Assembly: GCA_045651805.1 (NCBI GenBank)
Contig: JAZRTB010000004.1
Location: 287-64,286, forward strand
Reading direction: 5' to 3'
Source: Clostridia bacterium
Lineage (GTDB): Bacteria > Bacillota > Clostridia > UMGS1883
Length of the DNA: 64,000 nt
Shown here: positions 9,242 through 18,502 of the stretch, piece by piece
Layout: each line of letters begins with the position of its first letter
How positions within the stretch are numbered: position 1 is the first letter of the stretch
The notes under the pieces: generated by a model
Databases searched by the model: none
What the model saw: the letters and a program-made list of their open reading frames with translations, nothing else
Told to the model about the DNA's origin: nothing
Program-made: the position numbers and the translations under genes

Positions 9242-9763
9242 TCAAACGGTTATTTCACTTTTGATGCTTTCAAATTTTGACTCACCTATTCCATTGACAT
9301 TCTTAATGTCTTCTACAGAGACAAAGTTACCGTGTTCTTCTCTGTATTTGATAATTGCCTTTGCCGTACTTTCTCCTATTCCGTTAACCTCACACAAATC
9401 CAGAATTCCTGCAGTATTAATATTGACTGCATCACCATTTTGGGAGGCTTCGGAAACCGTTTCTTCGTCCCACTTTGACGGAATTATAATTTCTATGCCG
9501 TCTATAAGCTTTTCCGCAAGGTTGATTCTGTCAACATCCGCATCGTCAGTCAGACCACCGGCCTTTTTTATAACATCATTAAGTCTGCTTCCGAATTTCA
9601 GCTCATAATACCCCGGATTATTGATTTCACCTTTTATATGTACCCCTACAATGCGGTTTGCTTCCTCTGTTTTTCTACGATGCGTGGTAATTATGGTACC
9701 TACGACAACAACAGCTATAATTAATACGAAAATCACAATATCTTTAACTGATGCTTTCAACAT
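9242..9763 (-). CDS. comEA: ComEA-type helix-hairpin-helix DNA-binding protein
   Basis: N-terminal TM anchor, SLBB-like segment (GVHIKGEINNPGYYELKFGSRLNDVIKKAGG) and a C-terminal double HhH (INTAGILDLCEVNGIGESTAKAIIKYREEHGNFVSVEDIKNVNGIGESKFESIK). Start at ATG 9763 after GGGGAG. Confidence 0.85.
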   Translation of the reverse strand: MLKASVKDIVIFVLIIAVVVVGTIITTHRRKTEEANRIVGVHIKGEINNPGYYELKFGSRLNDVIKKAGGLTDDADVDRINLAEKLIDGIEIIIPSKWDEETVSEASQNGDAVNINTAGILDLCEVNGIGESTAKAIIKYREEHGNFVSVEDIKNVNGIGESKFESIKSEITV

Positions 9764-11465
9764 TAAGCTCCCCTTTTGTATAAACAAGTGCTTTATCGGC
9801 AATATTGTTTATTTCTTCTCGATAGTCAAGATTTTCAGTATTTTTAGCTATCTCCACCATTTTATCATAGAGAGCCTTTGTTTCCGGACTACCCTTCTCC
9901 TGTCTTTCAACAATTTTATAAAGAGACTTTACCATAAGGAGATTGTACCTGTCATTTACCACAGCCTTTGACGCAACAATCTCATATTCTTTAGCACTCA
10001 TCTCATACATTCCACAGTTAAAATAAACCTGTGCTCTGATAACGTAGTTCTGAAGATTATACTTATCCCGCTTCCCTGCTTTATCAAGAAGATCAAGTGC
10101 CTCTTTACTTCTTGTTTGTATCATATCGCTTTCATTCATCGCATACGCCGCCATGCGACAACTTTCACCATCGGTAAAATTAAGAGTTGCCGCTGCGCAA
10201 TATAATTCATAAGCTTCAAGGTACTTACCTTTCTTCAGATTATTATAGGCACTCATTTTAATAAATGCCTGACATAACAAAACTGCGGAAATAATTGTTG
10301 CAACAACAGTTATTGTGACAAGCTTTGAAAGAGCCTTTTTCTCAAAGGTTCTCTTAACCATAAACTCTGATTCTTTTTCATTATAAGCAGTAAGACCTAC
10401 CCATAAAAACAGGCACACGGAATTTTCTGCAAGAGGAAGAATCATAATCATTACCGTAAGGAAAAGATTTACTGCACAAGCCCATGATTTGATTTTCACA
10501 AACTGAACTACCGCTCTTGCTGTAATTCCCAAAGCACATATAATACCCACAAGTCCCGATGCACCGCACAAAACTGCAAAAAGTCCGGGAAGCGCGGCAT
10601 TCTCATAGCCCGATTTCAGGAACATTTCTCCGCCACTCCAGAAGCCGCCACCGTTTCCGAAGATATGCCTTATGCCATATTCAAAAACATCTTTGAAAAC
10701 TGCAAACTGACCGTTGGCATTCACAATTGCAATTACAGCTATTAAAAATACAGTTGCAAGAGAAAGTGTCAACGGGACGAAAAATCTCTTTGATTTGCGT
10801 GTAAGATAATAGATACCTGCCATCATAGCCACAAATATAACAGCAATTGAGCTTTTTGCCATATAGAAAACAAACGCCATCATTACAAGGAACACACTAA
10901 AAAGAGCAATGCGACGCTTTTTATTATTTACCATGAGCTTTAATGTTATCAATATTCCCACTATCATAAATGCCGCAAGGAAGTCACTGCTTCCCAATCC
11001 CTGCGAAAAGTTGTCTGCTTTGCCGTAAGGAACAAGACATATAATCCAATACAGAATATTTACCGCCGCACAAATTGCACAGCTTATAGCAACCATATAC
11101 ATCATTCTGCGATGTATCTTTTCATCATTGCTCTCGCTGAAATAATCTGCCGTCAGACAAAAGAACAACATCAGTCCCGTAATCATCGTCATATACTCAA
11201 CATGACCGTTTCTGTTATTCACCCATATAAGTGATACCGTTGAATAAAAGAGCAATATAAGAAATATAAAGTTACAGATTGAAACATATATATTTCTTGT
11301 AGACTTAATGCGCATTATAAAAAGCACGCCTGTAACAAGAAACAACATATATGCACCTGCCGTACGGTCAAGAAAACCTAAAAGTGCAGGGACAATGGTT
11401 ATAAATAAAGCCATTACCGCCTGAAGAACAGAAAAAGTTCTGTTCTTTTCTGTATTAACCAGCAT
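9744..11465 (-). CDS. O-antigen ligase (Wzy_C)-like polytopic membrane protein with a C-terminal TPR-like domain
   Basis: About 400 aa of multiple TM helices, followed by a soluble helical-repeat tail (YLEAYELYCAAATLNF..., VIRAQVYFNCGMYEMSAKEYEIV...). Start set at ATG 11465 after GGTGGA. Confidence 0.65.
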   Translation of the reverse strand: MLVNTEKNRTFSVLQAVMALFITIVPALLGFLDRTAGAYMLFLVTGVLFIMRIKSTRNIYVSICNFIFLILLFYSTVSLIWVNNRNGHVEYMTMITGLMLFFCLTADYFSESNDEKIHRRMMYMVAISCAICAAVNILYWIICLVPYGKADNFSQGLGSSDFLAAFMIVGILITLKLMVNNKKRRIALFSVFLVMMAFVFYMAKSSIAVIFVAMMAGIYYLTRKSKRFFVPLTLSLATVFLIAVIAIVNANGQFAVFKDVFEYGIRHIFGNGGGFWSGGEMFLKSGYENAALPGLFAVLCGASGLVGIICALGITARAVVQFVKIKSWACAVNLFLTVMIMILPLAENSVCLFLWVGLTAYNEKESEFMVKRTFEKKALSKLVTITVVATIISAVLLCQAFIKMSAYNNLKKGKYLEAYELYCAAATLNFTDGESCRMAAYAMNESDMIQTRSKEALDLLDKAGKRDKYNLQNYVIRAQVYFNCGMYEMSAKEYEIVASKAVVNDRYNLLMVKSLYKIVERQEKGSPETKALYDKMVEIAKNTENLDYREEINNIADKALVYTKGELNVESIS

Positions 11466-11484
11466 AATTCCACCACATTCTATA

Positions 11485-12288
11485 TCATTTTGCCTCAATG
11501 TGACTTGTCTCCACAAGTCCGTTTATTTCATCCGAAAAGTCCTTCTTTTCAAAGGACATTTCCTTTTTAGCATACATAAGGTACTCAATATTTCCCTCCG
11601 GTCCTCTTATGGGAGAAAAATCAAGTCCTTCAATCCGGAATCCGATTTCCTGCGTAAATTCAGTAACCGCCATAATTACTTCTTTATGTACTTCAGGGTC
11701 ACGGACAACACCTTTTTTGCCTACTTTTTCCCTGCCCGCTTCAAACTGCGGCTTTATAAGAGCAACAACCTCTCCGCCTTCTTTAAGGAGAGTGTGTGCC
11801 ACGGGAAGAACGAGCTTAAGGGATATAAACGCAACGTCTATGGATGCAAAATCAAGTTCTTCACCAATATCTTCGAGAGTTACATTACGGATATTGGTAC
11901 GCTCCATATTAACAACTCTCTCATCGCAACGAAGCTTCCATGCAAGCTGACCGTATCCTACATCTACCGCAAAAACCTTGCTTGCACCATTCTGAAGCAT
12001 ACAGTCGGTAAATCCACCTGTCGATGCCCCTATATCCATAGCTACTTTCCCTTCAAGCGTTACAGGGAATGATTTCATCGCCTTTTCAAGCTTGAGTCCG
12101 CCACGGCTTACATAACGAAGAGTTTCACCGCGCACTTCAACCTTGTCTTTTTCACTGACCTGGTCGCCCGCCTTGTCTGCCTTCTGATTATTTACATATA
12201 CCTTACCTGCCATAATAAGGCTTTTCGCAAGGTCACGACCGGACACAAGTCCGTTTTCAACTAAATATATATCAAGTCGCTGTTTCAA
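11485..12288 (-). CDS. tlyA: TlyA family rRNA 2'-O-methyltransferase
   Basis: S4 domain (RLDIYLVENGLVSGRDLAKSLIMAGKVYVN) plus FtsJ-type SAM motif DIGASTGGFTDCMLQNGA. Its start overlaps the dxs stop by 4 nt. Confidence 0.9.
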   Translation of the reverse strand: MKQRLDIYLVENGLVSGRDLAKSLIMAGKVYVNNQKADKAGDQVSEKDKVEVRGETLRYVSRGGLKLEKAMKSFPVTLEGKVAMDIGASTGGFTDCMLQNGASKVFAVDVGYGQLAWKLRCDERVVNMERTNIRNVTLEDIGEELDFASIDVAFISLKLVLPVAHTLLKEGGEVVALIKPQFEAGREKVGKKGVVRDPEVHKEVIMAVTEFTQEIGFRIEGLDFSPIRGPEGNIEYLMYAKKEMSFEKKDFSDEINGLVETSHIEAK

Positions 12289-14144
12289 TCCTTAAGCATC
12301 CTTTCTATATCTTCCGCGATTTTTTCGGGAGTAAATCCGTACAATTCGTTAATCTGCGAAATTGTACCGTGAGTGATGAATTCATCATCAACCGCTTTTA
12401 TCTGCATTTTGAATTCCATATTGCGGAGTTTCGCTTCACCGGCGAGCATTTCTCCCATACCTCCGCGACGGAGATTTTCTTCAATCGTGTACAGAAATCC
12501 TGTTCTCTGCGCACTTTCAAACACAGCTTCAAAATCAAATGGCTTGATTGTCCTCGGGTCAATAATTTCTGCGGAGATACCCTTTTCCTTAAGAATCTCC
12601 ATTACCTTCAGCGCACTGCTCACACTCTGACCTTCCGCAACAATTGTAACATCGTTTCCGTTTGCGAGTATTTTCGCCTTTGAAATACTGAAGTCACCGT
12701 TATCGATTTCCACCATTTCACGACCGCGGGGATATCTTAATGCCACAGGGCCTTTATGGTCATATACCGCATAAAAAAGCATTTTCTCAAGCTCGCTGTA
12801 GCTTGATGGGGAAAGAAGTGTCATATTAGGAATTCCCGTAACAAAAGAAATATCAAAAATTCCCTGATGAGTGGCACCGTCACCTGCAACAAGTCCTGCT
12901 CTGTCAATAGCAAAAACCACGTCATAATTTCCTATCGCTATATCGTGTATAAGGTTGTCATACCCTCTCTGCAGGAAAGATGAATATATGCTGACAACGG
13001 GTTTTCCGCCACCGTTTGCAATACCTGCCGCGAAAGTTACTGCGTGACCTTCTGCAATTCCCACATCATAAATTTTTTCAGGAAATTTTTTTGCAAATTC
13101 TTTAAGTCCGCTTCCCGGAATCATTGCAGGCGTAATTACTGCAATCCGCGAATCCTTTTCAGCCAGAGAACACATAGTCTTACCAAAAACGTCTGAATAT
13201 GATTCTCTCTTTTTCTCCTGCTCACCTGTTTCCCTTTCAAATGGGCCCACACCGTGGAACACCTGCGGGGAATCCTCTGCAGGCTCATACCCCTTACCTT
13301 TTTTAGTGATTACATGAACAAGTACCGGCTCATCAAGAGAAAGTGCACGTCTGAAAATACCTTCCATGGCATCAATATCGTGTCCGTTTACGGGTCCGAG
13401 ATATGTGATTCCAAGTTGTTCAAAGAGCATATTCTGCCCCATCACAGACTTTATGGTACGTTTTATTTTTCGTAGGGAATTCATAATCTTCTGACCGCCA
13501 CCGGGCATACGCTGAATCCTCTGCGCAAGTTTACGTTTTGAAAGAGTATATTTCTTATTCGTTCTCAAACGCGAAAGAAAATTAGACATTGCACCTACAT
13601 TTTCGGCAATAGACATTTCATTATCGTTAAGTACGATAAGCATCTTCGACTTAAGGTTACCGATATTATTAAGCGCCTCAAAAGCAAGTCCGCCCGTAAG
13701 CGCACCATCACCGATTACCGTCGCAACCTCATAGCTGTCACCGCTTAACTTCTTTGCTTCGCAAAGTCCGGAGGCCGTGGATAGAGACGCCGAGGCGTGA
13801 CCTGAATAACTGACATCGAACTCGCTTTCCGCAGGACTACAGAATCCACTCAATCCGCCTTCCTGACGGATAGTATCCATTTTTTCATTGCGACCTGTAA
13901 GCATCTTATGAACGTATGACTGATGTCCTACGTCCCATACAATCTTGTCTTTCGGAGCATCAAGAACACGGTGAAGTGCGACAGTAAGCTCAACAACACC
14001 AAGGTTACTTGCAAGATGTCCACCGCTTTTTGATACCGTAGTTACAAGCTTGTCACGGATTTCTTCGCAAAGGACTGCAAGCTGCTTATCATTAAGTTTT
14101 TTAAGTTGCGCGGGAGAGTCTATCTTTCCCAGATATCTGTACAT
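12285..14144 (-). CDS. dxs: 1-deoxy-D-xylulose-5-phosphate synthase
   Basis: 619 aa. SGGHLASNLGVVELTVALH, the GDGALTGG thiamine-diphosphate motif and a transketolase-like C-terminal domain. Confidence 0.95.
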   Translation of the reverse strand: MYRYLGKIDSPAQLKKLNDKQLAVLCEEIRDKLVTTVSKSGGHLASNLGVVELTVALHRVLDAPKDKIVWDVGHQSYVHKMLTGRNEKMDTIRQEGGLSGFCSPAESEFDVSYSGHASASLSTASGLCEAKKLSGDSYEVATVIGDGALTGGLAFEALNNIGNLKSKMLIVLNDNEMSIAENVGAMSNFLSRLRTNKKYTLSKRKLAQRIQRMPGGGQKIMNSLRKIKRTIKSVMGQNMLFEQLGITYLGPVNGHDIDAMEGIFRRALSLDEPVLVHVITKKGKGYEPAEDSPQVFHGVGPFERETGEQEKKRESYSDVFGKTMCSLAEKDSRIAVITPAMIPGSGLKEFAKKFPEKIYDVGIAEGHAVTFAAGIANGGGKPVVSIYSSFLQRGYDNLIHDIAIGNYDVVFAIDRAGLVAGDGATHQGIFDISFVTGIPNMTLLSPSSYSELEKMLFYAVYDHKGPVALRYPRGREMVEIDNGDFSISKAKILANGNDVTIVAEGQSVSSALKVMEILKEKGISAEIIDPRTIKPFDFEAVFESAQRTGFLYTIEENLRRGGMGEMLAGEAKLRNMEFKMQIKAVDDEFITHGTISQINELYGFTPEKIAEDIERMLKD

Positions 14145-14154
14145 AGTATCATCC

Positions 14155-15912
14155 TTAATTTTCCTCTGTAATTTCAGAGGGTTTTACAAGAGCTGTATTA
14201 TATCCTTCGTAAATAACCATGCCTGCTTTTGCACCATTTGGCTTTTTAACGTGACTTACGGGACAGTAATCAACCTCTACATAAGAAGAATTGCGTCCCT
14301 TGGAGTAAAACGCCGCAAGGCAAGCTGCTTTTTCAATAACATCGTTGGGGAATTCTTCGCCCATATATTTCACAAGAGTATGTGACCCCGGTATATTTTT
14401 GGTATGAAGCCACAAATCACGGCTTCTTCCCATTCGAAGTGTGAGATAATCATTCTGCACATTGTTTCTGCCAACATAAATTGTATAGTCTTTATATGAA
14501 AACTCCATAGGCTTTCCTGCCTGCACGGATTTTTCTTTCTTTTTCTTCTGAGCATCCACCTTTACATATCCGCTCTGTGCAAGCTCCTCCCTTATTTCGG
14601 CAAGATGCATTGGCGTCTGCGCATTTGTTACGCTGTAAAGAACTGATTCGAGATACTCAATCTCCGCTACTGTTTTTTCTATCTGTTCACGGGCATAAAG
14701 CTCCGTGTTTTTCGCTTTTTTATACTTGGTATAATACTTTTCCGCATTTTTCGAGGGATAAAGCCTTGTATCAAGCTTTATTTCAATTTCTGCCTGATTT
14801 TCATCATAGAAATTCACGGCAACAAGCTTTTCATCACCTTTTTCAATGCGGTAAAGATTTGCAGTAATAAGGTCACCGCAGATTCTGAAATAATCACGGT
14901 TTTCCGCTTCTTTAAGTTCACTTTGCAAGATATTCAGTTTCTTCTCCGCACGCTTAAGATTGTTTGATACAATCTTTGTTATTGCGGCACTCCTATCACG
15001 CATTCTTGCATTTACATCGCGCATAAAGTAAAACTCACACGCGGCATCATTCATACTGTCTGCAAAAATACACCTTGCGCTTCCCTCGTACTGCTTTATT
15101 TCAAAAGGTGCAAAATCAGTAACCTTCTTCCCCTCTTTTGCATAAAGGATACAAGGTGTAAATTCACCCCTCTTTTCTTTTTCAAACATAAGGAAAAGTT
15201 CGTGGGCAATTTTCCTTTTTTCATCAAAAGAAAGCTCACCGATTGCCATATCACGACTGCCTGCACCTGTGTACACACACTCTCCCGAAAGAAGCGGACT
15301 GATACCCATTACCCCTTCTGTTATCGCCTTATCCGCCTCACGGCCTTCGGGCGCATTTTCAAGGAGATTGTAGTAATCCTCCTCCGTTGCAGTTTCAGGA
15401 TTAAGCCTTTCCGATGCGGGAGGCATCATATAAGTAAGTCCCGGCAGAATATTTCTCACGGTGCTTACTGTAAGGTCAATATGCTTTACAGAATCTATAA
15501 TTCTTCTGTTTTCATCAAGGAAAATAATATTGCTGTTACGCCCCATAATTTCGCATATAATATGACGTGCAACAATGTCACCAAGCTCATTCCTTGCAGA
15601 GAATTCAATATCTACAACTCGCTCATACCCAAGTCGATTTATTCCGATAATCCTCGCCCCCGTAAGATGCTTACGAAGAAGCATACAAAACATAGGCGGA
15701 GAAGCTGGATTTTCCTTGGTTTCATTTACAAGGTGCATACGCGCATTTGACCCTGACGCACTTATCGCAAGCTTATACGTGCCCGAAAAACCTTTTATTA
15801 CAAGAAGTATTTCATCACGCTCCGGCTGATGTATTTTTTCAATTTTTGCATCGCGAAGCTTCTCGTCAAGCTCCTTTGCGACTGCACCGAGTGCTATTGC
15901 GTCAAGCGGCAT
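14155..15912 (-). CDS. rqcH: NFACT-family ribosome quality control protein RqcH (FbpA-like)
   Basis: 585 aa with an NFACT-N start (MPLDAIALGAVAKELDEKL...KIEKIHQPERDEILL), a central coiled coil and an NFACT-R C-terminus (WLHTKNIPGSHTLV). Confidence 0.88.
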   Translation of the reverse strand: MPLDAIALGAVAKELDEKLRDAKIEKIHQPERDEILLVIKGFSGTYKLAISASGSNARMHLVNETKENPASPPMFCMLLRKHLTGARIIGINRLGYERVVDIEFSARNELGDIVARHIICEIMGRNSNIIFLDENRRIIDSVKHIDLTVSTVRNILPGLTYMMPPASERLNPETATEEDYYNLLENAPEGREADKAITEGVMGISPLLSGECVYTGAGSRDMAIGELSFDEKRKIAHELFLMFEKEKRGEFTPCILYAKEGKKVTDFAPFEIKQYEGSARCIFADSMNDAACEFYFMRDVNARMRDRSAAITKIVSNNLKRAEKKLNILQSELKEAENRDYFRICGDLITANLYRIEKGDEKLVAVNFYDENQAEIEIKLDTRLYPSKNAEKYYTKYKKAKNTELYAREQIEKTVAEIEYLESVLYSVTNAQTPMHLAEIREELAQSGYVKVDAQKKKKEKSVQAGKPMEFSYKDYTIYVGRNNVQNDYLTLRMGRSRDLWLHTKNIPGSHTLVKYMGEEFPNDVIEKAACLAAFYSKGRNSSYVEVDYCPVSHVKKPNGAKAGMVIYEGYNTALVKPSEITEEN

Positions 15913-15976
15913 ACATATCTCTCCAAATTTGTTTAATCAAATTATTATACCACATTACAAACCACTTTGTAAACTA

Positions 15977-16822
15977 TTATTTCGTTTTGGCGGCCCATTC
16001 TTTATAATATTCCTCGGAAATAGTTTCTTCTTTAAGGAATTTAAATACTTCGGCCGTTTTCTGCACGGAGTATTCCATCATCGCAGAAGCGATTCTCTCA
16101 TTCATTCCCTCGTGTGAATCCCCTGCATAAGAATCGGGATAATTCGCCATCCACGCGAATGGAGAATTAATCTTAAGCTTTGTAAACGCATCAAAGCGAT
16201 GTGTACTCTGACCGCTTTCCTCATCCATTTTATCAAGGCGGACAAGTTCGGGATTTGATGCATAAATCCAGCCTGTTTCAATAAAGCAGGCATGACCGTA
16301 ACGCTTCTTTTTTTCTATATAATCTGTCAGAACTGCTCTGTCTTCATTAGTCAGTTTTCCGTATGCACCCGACATAAGTTTATTAGGCGTGGGAAAATCC
16401 GAACCGGGAGCGTAATCAAACACAAGATACCCGGAATTTTCCATAAGAGTGCTTCTCTCAAAAGAAGAAATCATCGCCTGATTACCACCGTGTCCATTAA
16501 AAATAAGTATTTTGTGAAAGCCGTTTCTTGCAATTTCACCGCAGATTTCCTTCAAAAGCTGTTGACGGAGTTCAATGCTTAACATAACGGTGCCTTTAAA
16601 TTCACCCGCACCTGTTTTTTCGCCAAAGTGAAGCGTCGGAAAAACACAAACCTCTTCCCTTTCACTTGCACGGTTTACAATTTCCGTTGCAAGAATTGAA
16701 TCCGTTCCTACAGGAAGGTGCTGACCGTGTTTTTCAAGACACCCTACCGGAAGCACACATAATCCCTTTGATTTTTCTATCGCAGAGGCGAACTCCTCTT
16801 CTCTTAAATATTCCCATTTCAT
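15977..16822 (-). CDS. creatininase family amidohydrolase
   Basis: LPVGCLEKHGQHLPVGTDSILA and FNGHGGN motifs typical of the creatinine amidohydrolase family. Confidence 0.85.
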   Translation of the reverse strand: MKWEYLREEEFASAIEKSKGLCVLPVGCLEKHGQHLPVGTDSILATEIVNRASEREEVCVFPTLHFGEKTGAGEFKGTVMLSIELRQQLLKEICGEIARNGFHKILIFNGHGGNQAMISSFERSTLMENSGYLVFDYAPGSDFPTPNKLMSGAYGKLTNEDRAVLTDYIEKKKRYGHACFIETGWIYASNPELVRLDKMDEESGQSTHRFDAFTKLKINSPFAWMANYPDSYAGDSHEGMNERIASAMMEYSVQKTAEVFKFLKEETISEEYYKEWAAKTK

Positions 16823-17769
16823 ACGAGGACTTCCTCCTTTACAACAGTTTTGGGAATTACAAAATTAATCCCCTTATGTAATATCTGAAATTCAGTTATG
16901 CCTGCATCAGTTACTTCTCCATCGATGCAGATTCGCATTTTACCGCCATAGGGTGTAATCTTTATATTTTCACAATTAACAGAATCAATTATTTTTCTTG
17001 CACGTTTCTTTTCAAGAATCTTCCCTTTCATATAAGCGGGAAGAAGTGATATAAAAAGAGTTCTTGAAACATTTTTTATTATATTTACGTTTATGTGCCC
17101 ATCACGGATATTTGCAAGAGGATTACTCTTAATCCCTCCTCCGCAATAGCAACCATTGGCAATAGAATTAAGAAGAAGCGGACCGTTATGTACCTCTTTT
17201 CCGTCCAGCTCAATTTTAAGATTTGCACCTTTTTTCTTAACGAGTGTAACAAGTATTGCGGCAAAATAGGCAAAAGAGCCACCAATGAAGGATTTACTTT
17301 TAATCGTATTAGTCAAATCGGCAACATTGCAGTCAAATCCGATATTGAACATATTCATACAATAACCGCTTTTTTCTTTTCCGTCAACAAAAGTTGTGTA
17401 GCGGATTACGTCACACGGCTCACTTTCTCCGAGAATCTGCCCTTCTATGTTATGGAAATCACAAGCAAAATTTCTGCAGAAATCGTTTCCTGTTCCCATA
17501 GGAACAACGCCGACTTCACATCCGCTATACTCCATAGCACCGTTTACAACCTCGCCCAATGTGCCGTCACCACCGCAGGCTATGAAACGTGCAGGACCAT
17601 TCTCTCTGCAGTAATCCCTTACAAAGCAGGTAGCGTCACCTACTGCAGTCGTGGTGTAAAAGTCTGCTTCTGCGGATAAAATTGCGGAGGCATTTTTTAT
17701 TTCTTTTTTAAGTTTGTCAATATCTCTATGCTTACCTGCACAGGGATTTATTATAAAAACTGTTTTCAT
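16819..17769 (-). CDS. diacylglycerol/lipid kinase family protein (YegS/BmrU-like)
   Basis: MKTVFIINPCAG start and the ACGGDGTLGEVVNG catalytic-domain motif. ATG 17769 is preferred over the upstream TTG at 17799. Confidence 0.85.
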   Translation of the reverse strand: MKTVFIINPCAGKHRDIDKLKKEIKNASAILSAEADFYTTTAVGDATCFVRDYCRENGPARFIACGGDGTLGEVVNGAMEYSGCEVGVVPMGTGNDFCRNFACDFHNIEGQILGESEPCDVIRYTTFVDGKEKSGYCMNMFNIGFDCNVADLTNTIKSKSFIGGSFAYFAAILVTLVKKKGANLKIELDGKEVHNGPLLLNSIANGCYCGGGIKSNPLANIRDGHINVNIIKNVSRTLFISLLPAYMKGKILEKKRARKIIDSVNCENIKITPYGGKMRICIDGEVTDAGITEFQILHKGINFVIPKTVVKEEVLV

Positions 17770-17900
17770 ATATTCTATTACCTTTTTCAAATATTTCAAA
17801 ATCTACCTATTACATTCTACCACCAATATTGCTTTTAAGCAACAAAAAAGTGCCACCGAAATGTTGAAGTGAACCCAAAAGTTTAGACAAAAATTTAATA

Positions 17901-18047
17901 TTAAATTGCTTGTGAATGAGTTCGATATTGTGTCGGACTCATTCCTTTTAGTTTCAAATAGTAATAGAATGTACTGCGAGCTAAACCGGATAATTGCAGC
18001 AAGTCATTTAGCGGATAACTTTGCCTTAATTCACTGACTATTGCTGC
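17901..18047 (-). pseudogene. truncated IS3 orfB (N-terminal HTH only, DDE domain deleted)
   Basis: The -1 frame after the A-rich site reads AAIVSELRQSYPLNDLLQLSGLARSTFYYYLK..., a typical OrfB N-terminus. A stop follows after 48 codons and the terminal IR comes directly after it. Confidence 0.7.
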
Positions 18048-18430
18048 TTTTTCTTTTCCTCTTGCAATCTTTTCTGAACTAAGGCATCAAGTTTTTTTAA
18101 GTATTCTATCTCCATTCGCAAGCGTTGGTTTTCTGCGATTAAATCTTCTTCAATTCTTTTTTCTAATTTAGGTGGGCGACCTTTTCGTGTACCGCTTGAT
18201 TTACAAGCTTCGCCTCGTCTTTCTTTCATCAGACCTTCGGCTCCTTCTTCCAAGAATATGCGATCCCACCGTCGAACTGTTTTTACATAGTTTAAATCTT
18301 GTCCTCTAGAAACATTCCAATACTTTCGTACCGTTTCCCTATATCCTAAATGGTGTTCTCGCATATCCATTATAACAGATATTTTGAATTCTGGCGAGTA
18401 TTTTTTGTTTTTTCTTCTTGTTTTAACCAT
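18038..18430 (-). CDS. IS3 family transposase OrfA (HTH/leucine-zipper part)
   Basis: MVKTRRKNKKYSPEFKISVIMDMREHHLGYRETVRKYW...IAENQRLRMEIEYLKKL is a typical IS3/IS150-group OrfA. It ends in a Lys-rich GAAAAAG stretch where the -1 frameshift normally occurs. Confidence 0.88.
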   Translation of the reverse strand: MVKTRRKNKKYSPEFKISVIMDMREHHLGYRETVRKYWNVSRGQDLNYVKTVRRWDRIFLEEGAEGLMKERRGEACKSSGTRKGRPPKLEKRIEEDLIAENQRLRMEIEYLKKLDALVQKRLQEEKKKQQ

Positions 18431-18502
18431 AAAAAATATGCACCTCCAAAAGTGTCTAACTTTTGGGGTGCATATCATCTTTTAATATTATGAAAATAGC
18501 TT

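Larger units (their letters stand above)
17865..18477 (-). mobile_element. internally deleted (non-autonomous) IS3-family insertion sequence
   Basis: Terminal inverted repeats TGATATGCACCCCAAAAGTTAGACA (right end, read inward) and TGAAGTGAACCCAAAAGTTTAGACA (left end). It encloses an intact orfA and only about 48 codons of orfB. Boundaries are +/- a few nt, and I found no clear target-site duplication. Confidence 0.75.
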
